NCBI GenBank assembly: GCA_003427395.1 | Contig: BFEA01000007.1 | Location: 6,479,957-6,543,956 of the forward strand | Origin: Chara braunii | Lineage: Eukaryota; Plantae; Charophyceae | DNA: 64,000 nt | Direction of reading: 5' to 3' | Shown here: piece after piece, positions 1 through 13,589 of the stretch | Position numbering within the stretch: position 1 is the stretch's first letter | Layout of the letters: the number at the start of each line of letters is the position of its first letter | The notes under the pieces: generated by a model | Databases searched by the model: none | Seen by the model: only the letters and a program-made list of their open reading frames with translations | What the model was told of the DNA's origin: nothing | Translations under genes and position numbers: made by a program

Positions 1-303
1 GAGCCACTCCAAGCACCTATACTGCCCGAGCCACTCCAAACAACTATACCGACCGAACTTTTCCAAGCACCTATACCGACCGAGCCACTCCAATCACCTA
101 TACGGACCGAGCCACTTCAAGCACCTACCCACCGAACCACTCCAACCACCTACCCATCGAACCACTCTAACCACCTACCCACTGAGCCACTCCAAGCACC
201 TGCCCACCGAGCCACTCCAACCACCTACCCACCGAGCCACTCCAAGCACCTATATCGACCGAGCCACTCCAAACACCTATACCACCCGAGCCACTCCAAC
301 CAC
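1..303. repeat. Minisatellite, ~23-27 bp unit (ccgagccactccaagcacctatac...)
   Basis: About 12 imperfect tandem copies of gagccactccaa-containing units. Confidence 0.9.
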
Positions 304-699
304 GGGGGGAGCATTGGCCGCGGGGGGAGGTCGTCGATGCGGATGTACATCTCGGAGGGGAGCCCTCCGATATGCGAATGTCGGGCCGACCGTCGTTTTG
401 TGTCCCCTTTTTTCTTTTTCTTTTTGTTTCTCTTTTTTGGGCGCTGTATATCAGGCCGGCCGGCGTTTTGTGTACCCGTTTTGTGTAGTGGTCGTTGCTC
501 CCCTTTTTTTTTGCCGCTGAATATCGGGCCGACCGTCGTTCCTTTTTTTTGTTTGTTTTGGCCTCTGTAGCATGCCGTCGTTCCCCTTTTTTTTGTCGCT
601 TTCCTGCTCTTTTTTCGCTCCCCGCTTTTTTTTCTTTTTTCTTTTTCGTCGCGCGCTCGTTGCTTTTCTGCTTTGCTCTCCCACTTTTCTATTTTTTTT

Positions 700-1415
700 T
701 TCCGTCGGTCGCTACCGTTTAGGGCAAAGAGCATCGGGGCGGCGGAGGTAGTCGCAGCAGGCAGAGCACCTATACAACGCACCCAGTCACAATGACACAC
801 AAACGCCTTTATTCGTTCCTCGTTTTTTTTTTTTTTTTTTTTTTTGTCGCGTGTCTGTCCCGTTCTCGCTCCACGCTCCCACTTTTGTCTTTTCTTTTTT
901 CGTCGGTCGCTACCGTGTAGGGCAAAACGCATCGGGGTGACGGAGGCAGCCGCAGCAGGCAGAGCATCCACGCAACGCAACCCAGTCACAGTGACAGTCA
1001 CACGCACACACACACGCACACACAGCCACGTCGTTTTGTGTGCCCGCACACGCAACCACGTCGTTTTGTGTGCCTGCACACGCAACCACGTCGTTTTGTG
1101 TGCCCGCTTTGTGTATCGGCCGTTGTTCCCCTTTTTTTTTGGGCGCTGCATATCAGGTCGCCCGTTGTTCCATTTTCTTTTTGTTTTGGCCGCTGTAGCG
1201 TGCCGTCGTTCCCTTTTTTGTTTTGGCGCTCTAACTTGTTGTCGTTCCCGCTTTCCCGCTCCGCCAGTTTTCTCACATGCCTGCCGCTTTCCCGCTCTGC
1301 GTTGCCACTTTGCTCTTTTCTTTTTCCATCGGTCGCTACCGTTTAGGGCAAAAAGCATCGGGGCGGCGTAGGCAGCCGCAGCAGGCAGAGCACCCACACA
1401 ATGCACCCAGTCACA
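700..1415. repeat. Three dispersed direct copies of a ~90 bp unit (cgtcggtcgctaccgtttagggcaaa...cccagtcaca), followed by (CA)n at ~1430-1690
   Basis: Copies at ~703-790, ~901-990 and ~1329-1414. Confidence 0.85.
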
Positions 1416-2206
1416 TTGACACTCACAAGCACACAGAGACGCACACCCACACGCATGCCCACACACCGACATGCACACACACACTCACACACACACACAC
1501 ACACACACAGATTCACACTCACACACACACACCCACACCCACACACCGACACACACATACACTCGCGCGCACACACTCACACGCACATACACACGCACAT
1601 CCATACTCACACTCACACTCACACACACTCACACGCACACACACACTCACACACTCACACACTCACACGCACACACACATACACACACATATTATGATTA
1701 TGAAGTTTGTTGCCAATGGTTGGCATCGGGGTTTGAACCCACGCAAAAGTGAGGGGATATCGATCGCTAGCACAAACTACCCAAGATGCTTGTTCGAGTT
1801 CACTATTGTTTTACGAGATGAACCTGGTTATGGTAAATCGAAGCATCTTTCGGAATTGCTCAACCCCCCAGACAATAGATAATGCGCGATCGTACGCTGA
1901 GGCGCCTTTTAGACCCATTTATCAAAAACGTTTTTGGTTACTTGTGGCAGATTGTTTACTTTTGAATCGCCAAAGATGGCGGTGTCAAAACGTGCTCGCC
2001 CACATTGTTTTTCACTTTTTACTTATTGTTTTCACTTCAGTTCGGGATCTAAACAATTTTATTATTTTTTCCAACTTTTTTAGTGGGTTTTGCATTATGT
2101 AGAGTACGCATTTGTAAATTTTCAGGGAATTTAGCTATGCCAAAAAAAAATAAAAAATCGCCAAAGATAGTGGTGTCGAAAACATGCTTGTGCACTCACT
2201 AATGTG

Positions 2207-3201
2207 CAGGGTAACCGCGGACCCGGACACCGGACACTTCCGGAGTGTCTTCCGGACCAGTGTCTGGACTGTCCGGTGATCCAGACATCATCGGACACTG
2301 GACATAACCGGACATCGGACAGTCCAANNNNNNNNNNNNNNNNNNNNNNNNNNNNNNNNNNNNNNNNNNNNNNNNNNNNNNNNNNNNNNNNNNNNNNNNN
2401 NNNNNNNNNNNNNNNNNNNNNNNNNNNNNNNNNNNNNNNNNNNNNNNNNNNNNNNNNNNNNNNNNNNNNNNNNNNNNNNNNNNNNNNNNNNNNNNNNNNN
2501 NNNNNNNNNNNNNNNNNNNNNNNNNNNNNNNNNNNNNNNNNNNNNNNNNNNNNNNNNNNNNNNNNNNNNNNNNNNNNNNNNNNNNNNNNNNNNNNNNNNN
2601 NNNNNNNNNNNNNNNNNNNNNNNNNNNNNNNNNNNNNNNNNNNNNNNNNNNNNNNNNNNNNNNNNNNNNNNNNNNNNNNNNNNNNNNNNNNNNNNNNNNN
2701 NNNNNNNNNNNNNNNNNNNNNNNNNNNNNNNNNNNNNNNNNNNNNNNNNNNNNNNNNNNNNNNNNNNNNNNNNNNNNNNNNNNNNNNNNNNNNNNNNNNN
2801 NNNNNNNNNNNNNNNNNNNNNNNNNNNNNNNNNNNNNNNNNNNNNNNNNNNNNNNNNNNNNNNNNNNNNNNNNNNNNNNNNNNNNNNNNNNNNNNNNNNN
2901 NNNNNNNNNNNNNNNNNNNNNNNNNNNNNGGGCCTGTGCGAAACCCGCCACCCCAAAAACCTGCAGTGTCTTGTGTCTGGACCTCTAGGCCCTGTCCGGT
3001 GGGGTGAAACGACATTGAAAAATCAACCCATTATTTTTCTAGGGGCGGCCAGGACTCGAAAAACGTCCTGGGCCGCCCCAATTTTTTTTTTGATTTTTGC
3101 CCCAGAGGCCTCAATCCAGACATATTGTCCAGACTCTGGGCACCAGACGCCGGACACCGGACTGTCTGGAAGCCGGTCCAGACGTCTGGGCGGTTACCAT
3201 G
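2207..3201. mobile_element. hAT-like MITE (spans an N gap)
   Basis: TIRs CAGGGTAACCGC (2207) / GCGGTTACCATG (3190-3201); subterminal ccggac repeats; flanks ctaatgtg / ctaatttt resemble a decayed 8-bp TSD. Confidence 0.65.
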
Positions 3202-3907
3202 CTAATTTTTTTTTTTTTTTAATTATTATTTTTTTTTGGTATTTTATTTTTATTTCAAATTTAGGTCGCGGTTAAGAGTCAGGATCGCGGTGATCTTGGC
3301 GGTATTCGCTGAGGGTATTGTGAGATGATCGTCGAGTTTTACCATTTAGAGGGAGGAGAAGTGAGTTGTGAGGTAGGAAGGAGAAGATAGCGCGAGAAGA
3401 GGAGAAAGAAGAAAAAAAAGAAGGCGAAGAAGAAAGAGGAGGAAGAAGAAGAAGAAGAAGAAGAAGAAGAAGAAAAAGAAGAAGAAGAAGAAGAAGAAGA
3501 AGGAGAGAGGGGGGGGGGAAATCACTTACCTGTCATTCGCATGATCGTTGAATGCTCGCTAATGTCTGTCAAGTCCTCCGGGTTATGGTCTCGGCATGCT
3601 GCTCGACGTGACGGGACGATGTTGCTCGACGTCACGGGACGTGTTGCGATGTGATTCCACTGCGGCTGGTTGAGAGGTGTCGTGACTTGGTAAGGAGGCT
3701 ATGCTTTCTCTGCTGTCTGAGTGGTGCCACCTTGTATCCCCTACTCACCTAGTGCAATGGTGGGGACTGTGGGATGTATGATGCATCAACTGACGACGTC
3801 GTGAGGTCGGCTCGTCATCTGTGCGACTTGTTGGGGTGCATGCATGTGCCTCTCGAGCTCCCCGCACTGTAATCGGTATGTTGTGAACTGAGACGGATCA
3901 CGCTATG

Positions 3908-3983
<76 letters not shown>

Positions 3984-4692
3984 AGAGAGTCTGCATTCAA
4001 GGAGGACCAAATGATAGATATTGCAAGCTCACGCTTCAGGATGATGATGTTCACGGGGTATAATCTTCTTCGTCCCAAACAACATTGCACATGAGAATCA
4101 ATGCGGACGAAGAATCAGATTAAAGGCGAACAAACTTGAAAACGATAAATATATATATATATATATATTATATATGTCTATAAAATAAAATAAAAATAAA
4201 AATAAAAAAATGTATCTCATGCAAGTGTGTGTTGTCGTATTCGCCATACACACCTCCACAAAGAAAAGCATTACTGTGTTGGGTTGTTTCCCCAGATTTT
4301 CACTAACTCGTAAGGTGTGTATGCGTGTGTGTGTGTGTGTGTGTGTGTGAGAGCGAATCCCGTGGCTGAGACCGCCACTTCCATTGATAGGATGAGCAAA
4401 ATCGAACGAATCTAACGAAAGAACACGGAAGTATGGGTTTGCCACGCTCGTTTATTTGGATGTGTGCGTTAGTGGGTGTATGTGTATGAGGAAGAGAAAA
4501 TCGTACCTGTTCCTCGATGGTCATTGTTGCCACTTTCACACGTCTTTTTCCCCGAACAGAACCCCGACTTTGAGCTAACTAGTATACATTCGTTACCATT
4601 TTATTACAATAAAGTTATCTTATTGTTTATTCAACTTTATTGTTATTATTACAGATACATCGCCTTATTAGTAGTTATTGTTGTTCTTATTC

Positions 4693-4751
<59 letters not shown>

Positions 4752-5225
4752 TGTGAGGAATGAGCCCTCAAGGGGCCCTATTAGACGTCACATGATCTAG
4801 GTGCCAGGGGTACAACGGGCGATCTGGAGGTCTTCTGGGAAGGAGGCGAGTGTGGGATTATCAAGGTCTGATCGAGGGTGACGAGATACGTACCTGGTAC
4901 ATGAAGAGAGGTCGGCTATGGTAATGACAGTCATGTACATTGGTCTTCGAGTGTCGAAGTGAGCCTGTTGCATGAACACAACTGTAGATAGGACAGTCGA
5001 CTGGAATAGGTTGGGTGTTGGGCGCCAGACAAAGAGGAGTGACTTTGAATATTATGTTGGTGTGGCCTACGGGCTTGAACATTGGCTCATTACTTCATTG
5101 TATTGCTCTATATGGAAGGTTTCTCGATGCATTTTTACTCTCTGCTTGGACACGACTATTTGGACATCTGTGTGATTTCGCAGCTTGGCTTTATGTATAT
5201 CGTTCACACTCATATATATCTTGTA
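4752..5225 (+). mobile_element. Short solo-LTR-like unit in (ATT)n
   Basis: Starts TGTGAGGAATGAGCCCTC, ends CTTGTA; both ends homologous to 6662-7782. Confidence 0.55.
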
Positions 5226-5227
5226 TA

Positions 5228-5299
<72 letters not shown>

Positions 5300-5320
5300 T
5301 ATTATTATTATTATTATTAT

Positions 5321-5758
5321 TGTAATCAGACTTGTCTTTCCTCGATGCCCAACATGCATGCTACCAGATGACGAACAAGCTGGCACTTTGCACCCACACA
5401 AACTCAAAGAATACGAAGCCAAGAACATAGATCAGATTCAAACTTGTTTCGGTCGGTTATGGCCCATCACTATACTCCCATCAACTTGTGCACACACAGA
5501 AAGAGAGAAACAGACAAACAACCAACAAAAGACAGACAGACAGACAGCAACAGACAGACGAATAGATACACGGACGAACAGGAGGACGAATAGACAGACG
5601 AACAAACACAGACATGCAGAACTAAAGACAAACATACAAGACAAGAACAAACACACAGATACAAAGAAATAAAGAGAGAGAAAGGGGGAGAGACGAAGAG
5701 AAAGGAAAGAGGGAAACTTACCTAGTCTCCACCGACTGTCGACCCTGAGTGCGACGCA
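5321..5758 (-). mobile_element. Solo-LTR-like unit in (ATT)n with internal (GACA)n
   Basis: TG...CA termini; 5716-5758 is the inverted counterpart of 11975-12018. Confidence 0.5.
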
Positions 5759-5778
5759 TATTTATTATTATTGTTATT

Positions 5779-5830
<52 letters not shown>

Positions 5831-5836
5831 CATTAT

Positions 5837-6470
5837 CAGGGTTACCTGACCGAACGTTCGGGGGCCCCCGGACTGGCCCACGAACGTTCAGGCATTCAGG
5901 GTCCTGTTCGGGCGCCGGAGGTGTTCGGCCCCCGCCAAAAACCATTTCGGGGCCTAAAAATAAGTTATTTTTCCTGAATGTTTTTTTATGAGGTTTCTAC
6001 GGTGTAGCCCACACGCCTATACATTTTGAAGCCATTCTGCGAATCCAAAAAAACATTAAAAATCGTCAAAGATGGGGGTGTCAAAACGTGCTTGCCCGCT
6101 CACTATTTTTTTTTTTTTTTCACTTTTAACTTTTTGTTTTCACTTTATTTCGGGGCATAAAAACATGTATTATTTTTTGAAAAATTTTTAATGATTTATT
6201 GATTATGTAAACTACATATCTGTAAATTTTCAGGACATTTGTCAATGCCAAAAAATAATTAAAAATCGGCAAAGATGGCGATGTCGAAAAGGTGTTGGCA
6301 CACTCACTCATTATAATTCTCTTTTTATTTTTTCTTATTTTTATCATAGTGTTTATTTTCTGTGTTTGATTTTTAATTCAAATTTGGTAAATGATTTGGA
6401 AGTAGTGCCCCGGCAAATGTTGCTTAGTTTATTTTTCGCCATAACATTTTATTTTTTCGGAATTCTTTGA

Positions 6471-6507
<37 letters not shown>

Positions 6508-6587
6508 GTCCGCGTTCGGCCTGAACGGCCGAACACCTTCCGAAGGGGTCCCGTACGTTCGGTCCATCCCGAACGCCGGCAACCCTG
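5837..6587. mobile_element. hAT-like MITE inserted in (ATT)n
   Basis: TIRs CAGGGTTACC / GGCAACCCTG; 8-bp flanks atcattat / attattat; subterminal ccgaac/gttcgg repeats; internal part resembles ~1880-2200. Confidence 0.75.
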
Positions 6588-6622
<35 letters not shown>

Positions 6623-6661
6623 CATTATTATTATTATTATTTTTATTATTATTATTATTAT

Positions 6662-7779
6662 TGCGAGGAATGAGCCCTCCCGGGGCTGTTAACAGATATG
6701 CACGTATTCTGAGCAACGGCCCTCAGCGAGCCTCGTGCCCGCCCTAAGTGAAGGCGGGCCTGAGTACCCACGAGAGGGGTTTGTCTCAGTGTCTTCCGAG
6801 GTGGGTCTGAGACAGCTGCTGCACGCTAGCTGGTTGAGGTACAACCGGTGCCTCACCCTGGGCTCTTCCAAAAAGTAGCAGTTGCGTCAGGCAGTTGAGC
6901 CCGGGACGTGGGTTGTCGCGCCCTGGGCACACGTAGTGTGAGGCCGACGCATTGCAGAGTGGTCACGGGTCAATGAGAAAAGCAAATTTGTCGTCACATC
7001 TACCCCACGGGCCAATGCAGACATAGCAAACGCTCAGAGTCTGGGTAATCCTACGTGTGCCCAACTATGAAAGACCAGGGGCCTCAATTGCTGAAACGAG
7101 CCTGGGTGCAGACACTGGGGCCCGACCGGAAGCTACTTACAATTTTCATGGCCAGGCCCAAACAGTCCAGCTACAGCAGCACCTCCCATATAGGGAGGGA
7201 GCCAGCCAGTCCAAGGCATTCTAGCCTAGGCAAGCAAAGTAGACACGCTGCTGCAACGCTATGCAAGTGTCGGCATGTGCGCAAGCTGGCCTGGGGTGCG
7301 CTCGTAGGTGCTGAGTAGTGTGGGGGTGCAGCAGTACAGCAAGGCATTTGCAGCCATAGCCGGAATGTAGGACGTCAGGGGGTGATGAACGGCGGTGTTT
7401 TTCACGAAGGAGGCGCAGTGTGAGTTGAGAAGGATGATGAGGGGAGTCAAGAGTACGTACCTAGTGTATGTGGGAGGACGACATTGGTGTTGACGTCATG
7501 GACATTGGTCTACGAAGGTGAAGTGAGTCTGTTGCAAGAGCGTAGATAGGATAGTTAAGATAAGTAGAGTAGACTGGGCGCCAGACAGTAGAAGCGATAT
7601 TGAATACAACAATAGCGTGGCCTGAGGATTTGGACAATTGTTGACATGGTCGCTCTATCGCTCTTATTTATATGGAGTCTTGGTGCATTTCAGCTCTCTA
7701 CTCGTTACATGACTATCTGGACTCCTACATGATTGATTATCACTTAGACTTCTCTGTATCACATTCACTCATATTTCTT

Positions 7780-7782
<3 letters not shown>
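6662..7782 (+). mobile_element. ~1.1 kb solo-LTR-like unit in (ATT)n
   Basis: Starts TGCGAGGAATGAGCCCTC, ends TTCTTGTA; (TAT)n on both sides; 3' part homologous to ~12550-13087, ~4880-5225 and ~10500-10843. Confidence 0.6.
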
Positions 7783-7844
<62 letters not shown>

Positions 7845-8680
7845 TTATTATTATTATTTTATTATTTTATTATTATTACTTGTTGATTGTTACTATTTCA
7901 CTTCCTATACGGTCCAAACCATTTGTTCTCATCTGATTGTTAGTACAATCAAACATGTTCACGTGAGCCTTGTGCTAGACTAGAACCATACTTGGGTTCA
8001 CACATGTTGACCCGGATGAAGCCCAAGTACACGCAGGGTCATCTAGACGGGAGGACAGAAAGGATGAAATGAAAAGGTAGAAAGAAGAAAAGAAGGAAGG
8101 AAACAGAAGAAAGAATGAGGAAGAAAATAACGAGAAAAGAGTTCGGAGAATGAGAGAGAACAAAGACATAAAATAAAAAGATAAGCAAAGTCATTTCTCA
8201 TTCTCATCCTATACACCCTTGTTTTTACTCACCCTCTACTGCTTTATAGATTGATTGATGTATGAATGTAGGACGATTGATAGGATAAGGCTACAGGGTG
8301 AGGAACATCCTATTACTCGCCTATACGTGTATACATATCTTAGATAGCTAGATTGACAGACTAGAAGTGGGGTATCCTTGTGTAGGTCATCCCATGGTCT
8401 GTCTAAGTGTAAGTGAGTTACACTAAAACAAGTAGTAGGGTATTCATGTCTGAGTCATCCTACTACTCGATCGAATCCATACAGACTCATAAGTATGAGA
8501 TGAAAGACTCTTGTGAGGGTCTTTTTACTTCATACTTACATTTGATTAGACTATATTATAGTCCTCCGTTAAAATTGAAGTTCACATTGTTGAACTTCAT
8601 ATAGGGCCATGTCGATAGTGAGGGGGGTGTTGAGATCTTGTGACCTGTGTGTATTTGCAGGTCATTTTAATCAAGGAGAC

Positions 8681-9987
8681 TTGTTATGAGTTTGTACAAG
8701 ACTGCATGTTGTTGCCTTATGGTAACAGGTTGGTTCGCCAACTCAACCCTCGCTCACCCTCTATACCCACACTTGCTATCAACCTTTGCATTAAACGACA
8801 TTTCTTTTTCATGTCATTGTCTAAAGGGTCTGTGTTTGGTCAAAAGAGGTCCTTTAATGACTAAGTCGAAAAGGGAATGTCTGGTTGAAAGGTTTGGAAG
8901 CGTAAGTATAATGTGTGTTAAGTGAATAAATGGTTGACTCTGCTAGGATTGTGTAATGTGATTGACTCTTGTCTGCATGTCAGTAAGACGACCAACCACG
9001 TGTTATTCACTCAACTCGCATTGCTTATGCTTACTTGAGCCTCGACTCAGACATTTCGTCGACTCGTAACCTTTGTACATTTGGCTTGGATTTTCGACTT
9101 TTGCCCCTTGATGTTGAATAAATTAGGACAATTGACAAAGGCGAAAGAGCCTTGTTCATATCATTTTTCTTTGAAAGGTCATGAACCTATCTTTTATTTA
9201 TGATGACGGACCATGAGCTTATTTTTGTTTGTGATGTTTGCTTGAAAGGCCAAGAGCCTATCGATTGTTTATCTTTCAAAAGTCAAAGCTTCGTTCATTC
9301 TGATGTTTGCCTCTGTTTGTGTTAAAAATGTAAAAGACCTCTCCTTGCCTTTCAGTCTCAACCTTTGAACTGTATTCTTCATGTACGTATTGATTTGGGA
9401 AAACTTAAATAGCTTATATAACTGGTCAAGTACAAGTAGGTCAGAGTAATGTATGCGCGAGAGATCGTCTATCGATTCAGCCTGAATAGTAAGTCTGTCT
9501 GGGAGATCAACGCCCAGATGCCCGACACGTAAACGGGTCAGTCGTAGGCGTTCAACCGCACGTATACCTATGCTACGACGATCGAGAAAACGCCCTCCGT
9601 CGACCTACCTCTACAAAGGCATGTAAAAGCCTTTGCATGTGGGCCGGTAGCTCAGCAGGGATACGCCTACCTGAGGGTGGTGACAGCCCCTTGGGTAGAG
9701 GTGAGTTGTACCTCGCGACGTCCTGACCTGTCGTGGGGCGTCATGAGCGGTATAGCCGCCGCGCACGATCGGACTGGTGACTTGTTGTTTTTCAAGAAAT
9801 AAACCTTGCATGACACGATCGTGAGGTTCAGCGCTCCCCAGCGGGATGCGGGACCGCCGCGCGACAGCGTATGTACATGCGTGTGTGTGAGCATGCTTCA
9901 AATGCGCAGTTGATTGTGTGGTACTTCAATCGATGGGAAGAGCATAAACAAAAGTTTGTGTGTGTGAACTTGGGAATATACACTACT

Positions 9988-10039
<52 letters not shown>

Positions 10040-10143
10040 NNNNNNNNNNNNNNNNNNNNNNNNNNNNNNNNNNNNNNNNNNNNNNNNNNNNNNNNNNNNN
10101 NNNNNNNNNNNNNNNNNNNNNNNNNNNNNNNNNNNNNNNNNNN

Positions 10144-10196
<53 letters not shown>

Positions 10197-10340
10197 CACG
10201 CACAGAAAGAGTGCGAAAGAGAGAGACGAGGGGGGCTATGGAAGAATGAAAGCCGCATACCTGAACACAACGCACAGTTGAGAACTCGCAGGGTTTAACC
10301 CCTGATGATTCGATAAAACTGCGACGAAATAGTCTGCCAC
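8681..10340 (+). mobile_element. Inverted, internally deleted copy of the 13.6-21.9 kb element (may extend further left)
   Basis: 8681-9866 is a close reverse complement of ~20745-21926; 9880-9990 resembles the reverse complement of ~13985-14100; ends in a degenerate hammerhead. Confidence 0.75.
10283..10337 (+). ncRNA. Degenerate type III hammerhead ribozyme
   Basis: ggg(tttaa)ccc-CTGATGA-ttcg...cgac-GAAAT-agtctg; stem III 5' arm and cleavage triplet decayed; position equivalent to 13597-13654. Confidence 0.6.
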
Positions 10341-10861
10341 GGTCGGTCGACGTTGTTCCCGGAAGAAAAGAGGAATGCGCAAGAAGAAGAAGAAGAAGAA
10401 GGAGCAGGCATCTATAGCCGAACTCCGATGTTATGTGTTGGATAGGGCGCATGGTGGTTCTTGGGTGCATGTGGCATCTGTGAGTTGGGGATCGAGGTTG
10501 TGAGTGATACGAGAGACATACCTGGTGCTTGAGGCGAACGACATTGGCCGAGATCTGCTGATACTTCAAGGAGTTTTTGACGTCATCAACGACATTGTAG
10601 ATAGGCTAGATAGGATCTGCCATTTGTAGTTTGGGCGCCGAGCGCCAGATAGGATGTCGACATTGGTTCTTTGTTGATGATAATGAGACTATTCGAATAT
10701 TGTCACTTATGAGCTTTTGCTTTGCTCTTATTTGGTGGGACTCGTGATGCAATTCTGCTTTTGGTTCGAGGTCACGACTATCTGGTCTCATATGTATGAT
10801 GCTGCTTGGTTTCCGAAATTCGCTATCAATCATATTCCTTGCATATTTATATTCATATTAA

Positions 10862-10906
<45 letters not shown>

Positions 10907-10907
<1 letters not shown>

Positions 10908-11916
10908 GTGACAAACTTAGACTGAAAGACACTCGTCAGAGGTCATAGTACAAGTAGACTCGGATGTGCACAATGTTTCCGGCAATCATGAAAGTGCTAT
11001 CAGATACAATGTCTCATTACCAACAGATGAAGAGAGTGGCAGGGGAATAAACAGATGAGAAGGTGGAAAAGAATGGTCAGTGACCGCAAAAGGGTAGCTA
11101 GACTTTACCCACTTCTTCTTCGGGCTTCCCCTCGCTTCCACATCATCAATCAGTATCCAATAATGAGCCTGACCAATCCTTATCACACGGAAGTGCCACG
11201 TGGCACTACTCTCCGAAGGAGACAATGAAGACATCCAGCATCTCACGGTATCGACGTAAGCCTGAAGTAAGTAACTCGTTTACAATCACCCACAGATCCC
11301 GATCTTCCTCCTCAACGCAACCAGTTACCTCATGTACACAGCGTGGCCTGTGCCACGACAGCAATAAAAACAGGTGGCAAGTGTCACGTCATCATGCAAT
11401 GTAGAACAGGGGCAGTGCCGCATCAGCATGAAGATAGGTGGCAGCGCCACGGTAGCCCCCGAGTGTCTGCGCCCAGACCCATGTCTATAGTTAATGGCCC
11501 GGGCCCATTGCAGTTGGGCACATTCATCACTATCGCGACTCTAAATATTTGTTGTATTTGCATCGGCCCGTGGAGTAGATGTGACGACATTGCTGCATTC
11601 TCGTCTATTTGCGGTTACTTAGTGATGTACCGGCCTCACAATATGTGTGTGTGTGTGTGCCCAGGGCGCAACCATCCGGGGCCCTAAGCTCAACTGTGCA
11701 GCGTAACTTTTGCTTCTGGAAGAAGCCAGCAAAAGCTCACGCTGTTTTGTAACCAACTGGTGTGCAGCAACTGTCCGAGACCCACTTTGGAAGATGCTGA
11801 GGCAAGCGCTTCTCGTGGGTATTCAGGCCCGCCTTCAATTAAGGTTGGCACGAGAGGGTCGTTGCTGAGAACACGTGCATGTCTGATAACTGCCTCGCGA
11901 GGGATTATTACTCGCA
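10907..11916 (-). mobile_element. Solo-LTR-like unit in (ATT)n
   Basis: TG...CA termini; 11916->11700 matches the 5' end of 6662-7782. Confidence 0.55.
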
Positions 11917-11974
11917 ATATTAATAACGACAATCAAAATAATATAACAATAATAATGATAATAATAATAAAATA

Positions 11975-13087
11975 TGCACCGCACTCAGGGTCGACAGTCG
12001 GTGGAGACCAGGTAAGTTTCCTTCTCTCCTTTCTATTCGTCTCTCCTCCTTTCTCTCTCTCTCTCTTTCTCCGTGTTTGTCTGTCTGTATGTTCGTCTTG
12101 TCTATTTGTGTCTGTCTGAATCTGTCTGTGTCTATTTGTCTGTGTTTGTCTGTCTGTATGTATGTCTGTCTGTCTGTCTGTCTGTTTTCGGTCTGTTCGT
12201 CTATCTGTTTGTAGGCAGGTACCCAGACAGCATCAGGACCAAGGCAAAAGTCTGCATTTGTACACAATCCAGGCCTTTGGCTGTGAATCAATCTAGACGA
12301 CTAAGGGAAGTAGACCCGAGGCGAGAGAGCCTTGTCAAATGGTACTTAAAAGACTGGCCTGGAGGTGGTCAACATTCAGTTTTGCTATACTGCTTCGATG
12401 TTGGCTTGACGCTGGCTTGACACTGGCGCTGTGGGCGACGACACGGATTGTGACAGCATGCTGGCGCATTCTGCATTGTGCGCCAGGCAATGCTGATCTG
12501 TTACTGCCACCTGTCTTCACCAGTCCACGACGTTTTGGCATAAGCATGCAAAGCGCACACGCTGTTGCAACACTGCAGAAGTATCCATATGTGTGCAAGT
12601 TGGCGTAGGGCGCGCTCGTAGGTGCTGAGGCACAGCAGGACAACGGGCCGCTAGCAGCCATAGCAGGAGTACAGGGCGCGAGAGGGTGATGAACAGCGGT
12701 GACCTACAGGAAGGAGGCGCCATGTGAGTTGAGAAGGATGATGAAGGGAGTCGAGAGTACATACCTAGTGTATATGGGAGGACCGTATTGGTGTTGACGT
12801 CATGTACATTGGTCTTTGAAGTCAAACTGAGCCTGTTGCAAGAACATAGGTAAGATAGGTAGGATGAGTAGAGTAGGTTAGGTGCCGAACAGTAGAAGTG
12901 ACATCGAGTACAACAATGTTGTGACCAGAGGGTGTGGACATTAACTCACAAGGTTACTATACCGCTCTTTTATTTATATGGAATTTTGGTTCATTTGAAC
13001 TCTTTACTTGTTACCTAACTATCTGGACTTCTACATGATTATTGTAACTTTGTTTTCTGTATATCTCGCTCATTCATATTTCTTGCA
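11975..13087 (+). mobile_element. Solo-LTR-like unit in (AAT/ATT)n
   Basis: TGCA...TGCA termini; 5' end shared with 5321-5758, 3' end shared with 6662-7782. Confidence 0.55.
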
Positions 13088-13103
13088 TTATTATTACTAT
13101 CAT

Positions 13104-13500
13104 CAGGTTAACCAACGTTCGAGATGGGCTGAATGCTCGAACGTGTGGGACCGCTTGGGGATGCGTTCGGCCATTCGGGCCGAACACGGACCCAAAAGAA
13201 CAAATCAAAAAAATCTGAAAAAAATATATGTTATAAAGAAAATAAATTAAACAAGATTTACCTGAGCATAACCTACGTAGCACCGTGTTTGCGTTCGGAG
13301 GAGAACGCGAACATGCTCGCCCAAACGCGAACAAGCGCCCAAAACCCTCCGAACGCGAACATAAAAAATAATTAAAAAAAAAAAAAAAAAAAAATCTCAA
13401 ACAATTCTGAAAACAATATATGATATGTAAAATAATAAAACAAGCAACGTTTGCCTTGGATTCATGTTCAAATTCTCCGCCAATCATGAGTTAAAAATCA
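13104..13500. mobile_element. Partial inverted copy of the 5837-6587 MITE family
   Basis: caggttaacc...cgttcggccattcgggccgaacacggacc resembles the reverse complement of ~6505-6587; right boundary approximate. Confidence 0.6.
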
Positions 13501-13589
13501 AAAACCGACACAAAATATATATATCGTCACAAACAGAACTGCCCGGTGAAACCGTAGGCAGAGAGAGAGAAGAGGACAACAAACGAGGG

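Noticed and set aside
225-1882. Long ORFs (419 aa, 201 aa and others)
   Set aside because: Translations of microsatellites, homopolymers and short repeats; no domain-like content
2131-3015. ORFs spanning N runs (also ~10 kb, 44.6-45.9 kb, 48.6-49.1 kb, 63.6-64 kb)
   Set aside because: Artefacts of assembly gaps
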